The notes below the pieces were generated by a model. That model was given only the letters and a program-made list of their open reading frames with translations. It had not been told where the DNA came from and did no database searches. From contig NW_013657662.1 in NCBI RefSeq assembly GCF_000142905.1, positions 186,001 to 250,000 on the forward strand: a stretch of DNA of 64,000 nucleotides. Reading direction: 5' to 3'. The translations under genes and the position numbers were made by a program. Every line of letters starts with the position of its first letter. Position 1 is the first letter of the stretch. The stretch is from Thecamonas trahens ATCC 50062 (lineage: Eukaryota > Protista > Apusomonadida). This document shows positions 56,188 through 64,000 of this stretch, piece after piece.

Positions 56188-57513
56188 ATGATGATGTCTG
56201 TGGCTTGTGTGCGTACGGCGGTTCGGTCCGCCGCCATGGCTGGCAGGGCAGCTGTTGCGGGTGGAGGCGTGGTCGGCCAGCGGCAGGCGCTGAGCACCTC
56301 GGCTGGCTTGCGCGAGGAGGCCGGCGAGGAGCGGATCGAACCTGCCGATGCCGAGAGTCTGATGCAGATCGGAACTCGGCGGATCCTGTCTGCGGAGCAT
56401 GACGAGTACCGGCGCGGGGTGCGTGCGTTCTTCCAGGATCAGGTGGCGCCGTTCCACGACGAGTGGGAGGCGGCAGGGCAAGTGCCGCGCGAGCTGTGGA
56501 CGGCGGCGGGCGAGGCTGGGCTGCTCGGGGTGGGGGTGCCCGAGGCCGAGGGCGGAGTGGGCGCCGACATTCGGTACTCTGCAGTGGTGTGGGAGGAGCA
56601 GAGCTACTCGAACTGCTCCGGCCCGGGCTTTGCGCTGCACTCGGACATTGTGCTGCCGTATCTGGTCCACTACGGGACGGCCGAGCAGAAGGCCAAGTAC
56701 GTCCCGCCGATGATCACCGGCGAGGCTATCGGCGCCATCGCCATGACTGAGCCCAACACCGGGTCGGACTTGCAGGGCGTGGCGACCAAGGCCGTGCAGG
56801 TTGACGACGACACGTTCAAGATCTCGGGCTCCAAGACGTACATCACTAACGGCGCCCTCGCCGACACGGTCATCGTGGTCACTCGGACCGGGCAGCCGGA
56901 CAAGCGCGGCGGTGGACTCACCCTGTTTGTTGTCGAGGATGGGATGAAGGGCTTCTCGCGCGGGCGCAAGCTCAAGAAGATGGGCCTCCATGCGCAGGAC
57001 ACGTCCGAGCTCGTGTTCGAGGACGTGCTCGTGTCAAAGAAGGAACACATGCTCGGCCAGGAAGGCGGCGGCTTTTACCACCTCATGACCGAACTCCCGC
57101 AGGAGCGGCTGATTGTGGCTGGCGCCGGCATTGCCGCCGCCGAGGCCGCCTACGAATGGACCCGCGCGTTTGTCAACGAGCGCAAGGCCTTTGGCCAGCA
57201 GATCAAGCGATTCCAGGCCCTCGCCCACCGCCTCGCCGAGGTCAAGACCAACGTGGTCATCGGTCGCACCTTTGTCGACTCGTGCCTCGAGCTCCACGCC
57301 CAGGGCCGCTTCACCTCGCAGATGGCCTCGATGGCCAAGTACTGGGCCACTGACCTGCAGAACGAGGTCGTCGACGTTGGCGTCCAGATGCACGGCGGCG
57401 CCGGGTTCATGGAGGAGTACCCGATTTGCAAGGCATACCGTGATGCCCGTGTCCAGCCCATCTACGCCGGCACCAACGAGATGATGAAGGAGCTCATTGC
57501 TCGCACCATCTAG
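56188..57513 (+). CDS. ACADL: Mitochondrial long-chain acyl-CoA dehydrogenase (LCAD type)
   Basis: Presequence-like N-terminus; IAMTEP.TGSDLQG, GSKTYITNG, LPQERL (LCAD-position Glu), MAKYWA, QMHGG.G.M.EY, QPIYAGTNE. Confidence 0.9.
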   Translation: MMMSVACVRTAVRSAAMAGRAAVAGGGVVGQRQALSTSAGLREEAGEERIEPADAESLMQIGTRRILSAEHDEYRRGVRAFFQDQVAPFHDEWEAAGQVPRELWTAAGEAGLLGVGVPEAEGGVGADIRYSAVVWEEQSYSNCSGPGFALHSDIVLPYLVHYGTAEQKAKYVPPMITGEAIGAIAMTEPNTGSDLQGVATKAVQVDDDTFKISGSKTYITNGALADTVIVVTRTGQPDKRGGGLTLFVVEDGMKGFSRGRKLKKMGLHAQDTSELVFEDVLVSKKEHMLGQEGGGFYHLMTELPQERLIVAGAGIAAAEAAYEWTRAFVNERKAFGQQIKRFQALAHRLAEVKTNVVIGRTFVDSCLELHAQGRFTSQMASMAKYWATDLQNEVVDVGVQMHGGAGFMEEYPICKAYRDARVQPIYAGTNEMMKELIARTI

Positions 57514-57626
57514 ACCTGTCCGTGCTACTCTTTTACACACACACTGTCTCTCACGTCCGTGCCCGTCCACTCTTGTCCACTCCCGCCTCTCGGGCTTGAT
57601 TTTGCACGGCCTCTTCAGCGTAAGAC

Positions 57627-58231
57627 TCACATGGTCCAGCGGTTCTTGCACTCTTCGTTGCAGCAGACAAAGAACAGCGTCATGGTATCGCCGGTCTTGA
57701 TGTGACTCTGGAAGAAGACAGCCTCCTCGCCGCCGCACGAGGCGCACTTTGTCTGGAACGACCGCGGCAGGGTCGGGTCGCTGATGACCTCGTCTGTGAT
57801 CTGGCTTGCGGTACTGCAGAGAACGGAGGGAGGGTGAGTTGGCAGCGAGGGAGGGAGGGGGAGGGGGCAGGAGGGGGGTAGGGGGGGGGGGGGAGGGGAG
57901 GGGGAGGGGGGGAGGACGTACTCCTCGGCGCGGCGGACGACCTTGCGGGTGAAGACCTTCATGGACGAAGCAGGGCCCACAAAGTCACAGGTCATGCACT
58001 CGAGGTTGAGCACAAACTGTCCGTCATTGTCCTGCGAGCACTTTGGGTGCAGAAGGTTGTTGCTGTAGGAGGAGAGGGGGGAAGGGAGTGGTGAGTGCGA
58101 CTCGTGGCGACGGCAGCAGGGAGGGGAGGGGAGGGAGGGAGGGAGGGGGAGGGGGGGAAGGAGGGGAGGAGGGGGAAGGAGAAGGGAGAAAGGGAGGGGG
58201 AAGGGGCATACCACTCGACACAGAACTCCAT
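57627..58231 (-). CDS. RPB9: RNA polymerase II subunit RPB9; exons 58231-58212, 58062-57922, 57813-57627
   Basis: MEFCVEC NNLL.PK..C..C and SDPTLPR..C..C...EAVFFQ..MTLFFVC...C..RW. Both GT-AG introns keep the frame. Confidence 0.92.
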
Positions 58232-58859
58232 GGGCGGGGGGGGGGGCGGGGCCTCGGTCGCCAAGACGAGTCGTGTGCGGGCTGGATAGGGGAGGTGTCG
58301 CCAGCGGGGGTGGCTGGGTGGCGGGGTGATCGGGTGGTGGTGGCTGGGTGATCGGGTGGTGGCTTTGGGCACGGCTACCACCGACAGAGACCACAATTTC
58401 GGTCTGCCTGCCATGCCTTTACCCTCGAGTCGTCCCTATCGGAAGGTGGCGTGAGGGTGAAGAGAAACTGGTCACCGAGCCTGGATTAGTCACCGCACCC
58501 TTGCAGAAATCTGTGGCAACCGGTGCGCGTTTGCTTGATCAGCAAAATGGAATTGTCCCAGGCGCGCCCAAGGTATATGCATTGGTCCACCAACCGCAAC
58601 GCATGGGTGAGCATCACCGATTTAAACCCATAAGCATGGCCTGCATTTGGTTTCCACCCAATTGCTCTTGGAATTGCGGTGCTTGGTGCAGATGGTCAGG
58701 ACGAGGGCCGAGAGGAGCCCGGCTCGGCGACGAACATGGCACGGCAGCCGACCGAGCGCGGCTCGGCGGTGGCGTCGGCGGTGCCAACAAAACCGGCCAT
58801 GCGGCGGCGAGGCGGCATCTACAACGTTTGCCACACACAAGAACCCAAACAACAACAAC

Positions 58860-60121
58860 ATGAACACGGATAGCAAGATTACGACGACAGAGAGCATCGC
58901 GACGGCAGGCAGCGATGGATACGACCAGTGCGCGGCGGCGGCGGGGTGGCCGGGGAGTTGACCAAGGAGTACGAGACTTTTGACGACATGGGGCTCGCCG
59001 ACGAGATCCTCCACGGGCTGTATGCGTATGGCTACGAGAACCCGTCGCGGATCCAGACGCTGGGAATTGTGCCCATTGCCAAGGGCCGTGACATTGTGGC
59101 GCAGTCGCAGAGTGGGACCGGCAAGACGGCGACGTTTGTCATCGGCGCGCTGCAGCAGATGGTCAACACGGGAACGGTGAGCGACGGCATGCCGCGCCTG
59201 CTGATTCTAGAGCCGACGCGCGAGCTGGCGCTTCAGAGCGCGGGTGTGGTCGAGGACCTCGGCTCCTACCTCGACGTGGGGGTGACGACGTGCATCGGCG
59301 GCTTGAGGCGGTGGGACAACATCAGCGAGCTGCGGCGGAAGCGGCCAGGGGTAGTGGTGGGGACGCCCGGGCGGGTGCTCGACCTGGCCGGCGCCGGCGA
59401 GCTCGACCTCTCGGCCATCAACCGGCTGGTGCTCGACGAGGCCGACGAGATGCTCTCGATGGGCTTTGTCGAGGCCATGTACGAGGTGGTGCGCCAGCTT
59501 TCGGACGCGGCTACGATTGCGCTTGTCTCGGCCACCCTCGATGATGGCGTGCTCGCCATCGCCGACAAGATGCTGCGCAGCCCGGTGCGGATTCTGCTCG
59601 AGCGCGACGAGGTGACTCTTGAGGGAATCGACCAGTACTACGTCATGGTTGAACGGCAGGAGCACAAGCTCTCTACACTGCTTGACCTCTACGCCACCAT
59701 CTCGGTCTCGCAGACGGTCATCTTCTGCAACACCCGCCATGGGGTTGAGGCGCTGGCGGCTGCCCTCGACGCCGAGGACCATACCGTGGCGTACGTCCAC
59801 TCGGAGATGCCACTCGAGGAGCGGCGCGACATCCTGGCGGCCTTTTCCACCGGCGCGGCGCGGATCCTGCTCGCCACCGACCTCCTCGCCCGCGGTATTG
59901 ACGTCCAGTCGGTCTCGCTCGTCATCAACTACGACATGACCCGCAACAACCGTGAGAACTATGTCCACCGCATCGGCCGTGGCGGCCGCTTCGGCCGCAA
60001 GGGCGTCGCCATCTCATTCGTGCAGCCGGCAGACACCCGTGAGGTCCGCGACATCGAGGCCTTCTACGCCACAACTATCCACCCGCTTCCGGCGGCGCTC
60101 GACACCGTCTTTGCCAGGTAG
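58860..60121 (+). CDS. eIF4A-like DEAD-box helicase; apparent frameshift at 58943-58946
   Basis: Q motif (FDDMGL..YGYENPSRIQ), AQSQSGTGKT, PTRELA, GTPGRV, DEAD, SAT, ARGIDVQ, HRIGRGGRFGRKG. Confidence 0.88.
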
Positions 60122-60197
60122 GGGAGAGGCGAGACAACAGCAACAAAGAACTTCACACATCACCTGAGGCGAGGCAGAGCCGGCAGCAAGTACCTGC

Positions 60198-61468
60198 TTA
60201 CTGCGACGATGGCGGAGGCGCGCCGCCGCGGGCAGCCTTGGCGGCGTCCTCCTGGCGCTTGAGCGCGACGCCGCGCTGGTAGATGTGCTGCGCAGCGGCC
60301 GGGTTGGCCGGCACGCCCTCGGCGTGCATGAGGCACTCGGCAAAGGCGATGCAGCCCTGAGACGAGCCCTTCTCACAGGCGATGCGGTAGTACTTGGCGC
60401 CCTTGGCCTTGTCGAGCGCGACGCCGTTGCCGGTAAAGTGTGAGACGCCGAGGAGGAAGCAGCCGTCGGCCGAGCCGAGGCGGCAGGCCTTGCCAAACAT
60501 GGCTGTCGCCCGCAGGTTGTCCTTCTCCACGCCGGTCCCGTGCAGGTAGGCCGAGCCGAGCGAGAAGCAGGCTGCGATGGACTCGAGGTTGCAGCCCTTT
60601 TGCAGGAACTTGACCATGTCTGCGGTCTCCTTGACGACGGCGGCGGTGCGGGCGGCATTGAGGCAGCCGGTGGCGTCGTCGAGCGAGCATGACTTTGCGA
60701 AAAAGTCTGCGGCGGCATCGGCGTCCTTCTCCACGCCCGAGCCGGTCTGATACATGATGCCGAGGTTGTTGCACGAGCCGCCCTCGCCGAGGTTGCACGC
60801 CTTCTCAAACGAGGCAAGTGCATCAGGCATGGAGACCGGAGTGCCTGAACCATGGTACTGGGTCAGGCCCAGATGGTAGCACCCATCGGGCAGCGAGGCA
60901 TCGCAAGCCCGACGGAAGTACTCGACCGCCTTCTCCTTGTTCACCGCCACGTCCTTGCCCAGCAGGTACCGCACCCCGAGGTTGTTGCACGCCTCACCAT
61001 CCTGTCCACCACACTTGTTCTCGAGCTCTTCCAGCAGATCAGATGTGTCGAGGATGTGTGACTGGTCGAACTGTGTTCAGGAGGGCATGGGGAGGGCGTG
61101 GTGAGGGAGAGGATGATGGAGATTGACGCGCCAAGGTGGGCGGGGGGGGGGGGGGGGGGGGAGGGGAGGGGGGGTGGGGGGAGGGGTGGGAGGGGAGGGG
61201 AGGGGGACGGACAGAGTGGGGAGTTGGGGAGCTTGTTGACAAGTGGGNNNNNNNNNNNNNNNNNNNNNNNNNNNNNNNNNNNNNNNNNNNNNNNNNNNNN
61301 NNNNNNNNNNNNNNNNNNNNNNNNNNNNNNNNNNNNNNNNNNNNNNNGGGGGGGGGGAGGGGAGGGGGGTGGGGGAGGGTGGAGGGAGGGAGGGGGACGG
61401 ACAGAGTGGGGAGTTGGGGGAGCAGGGCACACAAGGCGTACGTCTTTGTAGTTGTCGGCAGAGCTCAT
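60198..61468 (-). CDS. Sel1-like repeat (Hcp/COA7-like, Cys-rich) protein; exons 61468-61442 and 61070-60198
   Basis: Repeats of C..LG..Y..G.GV.KD...A...F.KAC. The GTACGC...CAG intron spans the second gap. Confidence 0.82.
61248..61347. other. Assembly gap (100 N) within a poly-G intron
   Basis: N run. Confidence 1.
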
Positions 61469-61673
61469 GTGGGCGTGAATGTGGATGAGATGAGTGGCTG
61501 GCACTGTCTGCTGGCACTCGCTGCTGGCACTCGCTGCTGGCACTCGCTGCTGGCACTCGCTGCCCACCTCCTGCCAGTGGCAGGCCACCACACGCTGCGA
61601 GTCTAGGTAGGCTGGTTAGGATGGTCAGACTCACCACTGGCTGGCATAGGGAGATATCTCGTGGTTGGTGGCT

Positions 61674-63059
61674 CTATTGCGCGGCGATGGATGACCCGCT
61701 CGAGTCGGCATCGGTGGCGGTTGCCTGAGACGTGGACTCGCCTGTCCCGCTGGTGGCGGGCTCCTCGCGCAGGCTGGGCGCAACCGGCGGCGGGTCACTG
61801 GGCGTGGAGCCGTCGTAAGAATGAGTGTAGAGAAGGACGGCCTTGGTGGCAATGTCGCCGCCGCGGTCGTAACGCTGTACGGCCTCGATCCACGACGGTG
61901 GAATGGCGGCAAGGCCGTAAAAGGCGCCAGCCAGCTGGCCGACGACAGCGCCGACCGAGTCGGCGTCGCCGCGCAGGTTGGCAACTTTGAGCAGCGCGGC
62001 CTCAAACGAGGCCGTCGAGTGGACGCAGTGGAGCGCCATCGCGAGGCAGTCCATGGCGTACGAGCCGATGTAGCCCGGCTGCGACTTGGCCCGGCGTGCA
62101 CAGTACCGGAACTCGGCGTCGCGCCAGGTCCACTCCCGATCGGCAAGATCAAGATGGCTGTTGGACGGGTGTGCTTCCTCGGCAAGGCCGCGCGCCAGTC
62201 GGCCCACTGAGTACGTGTACGCCTCGAACCCGTCGAGCACGCCCGATCCGTCGAGCCATTCACCCATGGTGGCATAAGCCGGCTCACTTGCGCGGCTGAT
62301 GGCTGCGAGTGTGATGTGGGTGAGCAGCCGCGCAGCGTCGCCGGCCTCGTCGCCGCGGTGGGTGGTCTTGCTCTGCGCCCAGGCGGCGTCGAGCGCGGCG
62401 TCAGGCGTGTTGTGGAAGAAGATCGGGATCGGCGCGTTGCGCATGATGGAGCCATTGCCTGAGGTGGCATAGTTGCCAGCTTGGGTGTACATCGAGTTGT
62501 TTTCTTCAAACTCGCGGAGTGAAGCGCCGACGTTGCCGCCTAGCCCGACGGCGCGGCGACCGTGATCGGCGGTAAGCGGCGAGAAGCCGAACGAGGTGTT
62601 GAGCCCGTTCGTCCACCACATGCCGAACCTTCTCCGCACATCGCGGGCGTCCAGCCGTCCACAAACTAGCAGCGAGTCGGCGAGGCAGAGCGCCATCGAT
62701 GTGTCGTCGGTCCACTGGCCCGGCTGCAAGCTGAACCGGTTATAGCCGGGCGTCCGCCACACCTCCTCGTCGTCCAGACCGCGCACAAACGTCTTTCCAT
62801 ACTGCAGAGGAGCAAACTCCAACGGTGCGCCAAGCGCATCGCCCACCGCAGCGCCCATCAGCACCGCCACCGCCCGCTCCAGCTCCACGTCACCGCCCTC
62901 GACGCCTCCGCCACCCACCGCCGCCGCCGCCATCGCCCGCGCTGCCACCACCGCCTCGGCTGTCGGCGGAACCTCCTCATCGTCGAGGACCGAGTACGTT
63001 GCCTTGGCATTCCACACCCCATCTGCAGGCGGCGCCGGCTTGGACTTGGTGCTGCCCAT
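61674..63059 (-). CDS. ADP-ribosylglycohydrolase (ARH/DraG family), predicted N-myristoylated
   Basis: GAAVGDALGAPLEF, WTDDTSMALCLADSL, GNGSIMR, THRG, NLRGDADSVGAVVGQLAGA; start MGSTKS. Confidence 0.88.
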   Translation of the reverse strand: MGSTKSKPAPPADGVWNAKATYSVLDDEEVPPTAEAVVAARAMAAAAVGGGGVEGGDVELERAVAVLMGAAVGDALGAPLEFAPLQYGKTFVRGLDDEEVWRTPGYNRFSLQPGQWTDDTSMALCLADSLLVCGRLDARDVRRRFGMWWTNGLNTSFGFSPLTADHGRRAVGLGGNVGASLREFEENNSMYTQAGNYATSGNGSIMRNAPIPIFFHNTPDAALDAAWAQSKTTHRGDEAGDAARLLTHITLAAISRASEPAYATMGEWLDGSGVLDGFEAYTYSVGRLARGLAEEAHPSNSHLDLADREWTWRDAEFRYCARRAKSQPGYIGSYAMDCLAMALHCVHSTASFEAALLKVANLRGDADSVGAVVGQLAGAFYGLAAIPPSWIEAVQRYDRGGDIATKAVLLYTHSYDGSTPSDPPPVAPSLREEPATSGTGESTSQATATDADSSGSSIAAQ

Positions 63060-63507
63060 GACGCTGTGTCGAGTGTGCGCCCGTGACAAAGGTGGGAGGG
63101 GGAGAGACTGTTCCGAAGCCTGGCTTCCATTTCTGCTGGCTGGCCAGCCAGCCGAAGCCAACCCCGGTCGGCACAGGCTGCTTCTTCTCACATGGGAGCC
63201 AGATCATGGCCTGACTGGCCGGAACTACAAATTGGACCCGATGCCAGGTCGATCGCCGCATGTCACATGCCTGGTCTGGTACGCATGTACGCTCACCAGC
63301 CCGAGGCCGACTGGCCAGAGTCATGTCGACAAGGTGAATGTGTCGTCAAGCTGCTGTGGCTGCAAGGATGCTTCATAAGAGTCTCGACGGCCGCAATCGA
63401 TCCGGTTGCCTCGGCCTCGAGGACAAGGGTGGTGGTGCAAGGAGTAAGTAGCGTGGTGTGGAGGGGTGAAGAGTTCAATGCGTTGGCACAACGGCGTATG
63501 GGCGGCT

Positions 63508-64000
63508 CTATGGGCGCGGCTCGGCAAAGAGCGCGGCCATGTCGTAGCGGATGAACTGGCGTTCATAGGCCTTGAGGATGGGGTTGGCCTCGGGATCCTG
63601 CGAGGCCACAGAGACGTCGACCGAGTTTGTGCCAAAGTCATAGACGGCGATCATCATGTCGCCGGTCTCGACCCACGAGACAAAGTCCTGCTCGATGGCC
63701 TCAGGCGTAATGTCGCCGTGGATGGCGTCGAGGAGCGAGGCGGTGCAAGGATGGGACGACGGCTGCGAGTGCTTGTCGACATAGACCAGATCGGTCATGG
63801 CGGGATGCTCGGCCGGCGTAGGGGCGTAGCCCGGGAACGGAGTGTTCCAGTCAAACTCGTTGAGCTGGTCGTACGAGTACTCGAAGATGCGGCCCTGGCC
63901 GTCGACGCGCGAGCCGACACCCACAAAGATGGATGCGGTCCGCTTGGCGGCCTGCATGCGGGCGGTGGCCTCTGCAATGGTCGAGTCGAACTGCAGGATG
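63508..64000 (-). CDS. 3' part of a probable Ntn-hydrolase (acid ceramidase / peptidase C45-like); 5' end outside the window
   Basis: ILQFDSTIAEA..RM..AKRT.SIFVGVG..VYVDKH.QPS..PC..TGDM.IAVYD. Family assignment tentative. Confidence 0.5.
   Translation of the reverse strand, partial: ILQFDSTIAEATARMQAAKRTASIFVGVGSRVDGQGRIFEYSYDQLNEFDWNTPFPGYAPTPAEHPAMTDLVYVDKHSQPSSHPCTASLLDAIHGDITPEAIEQDFVSWVETGDMMIAVYDFGTNSVDVSVASQDPEANPILKAYERQFIRYDMAALFAEPRP

Noticed and set aside
61195-61423. ~35-bp direct repeat (ggggacggacagagtggggagttgggg) flanking the 100-N gap, considered as a mobile-element end
   Set aside because: It lies in a poly-G intron on both sides of a gap; an unmerged contig overlap or local tandem repeat is more likely.

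Overview
GC-rich, very gene-dense eukaryotic nuclear DNA from a unicellular protist. Short spliceosomal introns with poly-G/poly-C tracts, tiny intergenic gaps and the gene content resemble an apusomonad such as Thecamonas, but that assignment is inference. About 30 protein-coding genes can be supported. Recognisable ones include NKAP, a U2AF65/PUF60-like RRM protein, mitochondrial uL24, TTC13/SRFR1, MFSD12, an F-box/WD40 protein, kinesin-1, syntaxin-5, LCAD, RPB9, an eIF4A-like helicase, a Sel1-repeat protein and an ADP-ribosylglycohydrolase. There are two assembly gaps (6887-7821, 61248-61347) and no transposon, rRNA, tRNA or CRISPR. The most notable observations are: (1) a voltage-sensor/ion-channel-like module of the alveolate adenylyl cyclase type fused to a complete RasGEF (REM+CDC25); (2) a box C/D snoRNA inside the uL24m intron; (3) two bacterial-type HTTM/DCC1 genes, one beside a membrane-anchored WCPPC thioredoxin; (4) a soluble TPR protein carrying a TMEM168-like caspase-fold domain; (5) nine frameshifts all repaired by adding one base to a homopolymer run, most likely sequencing undercalls. 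All family calls come from motif recognition by eye; no searches were run.
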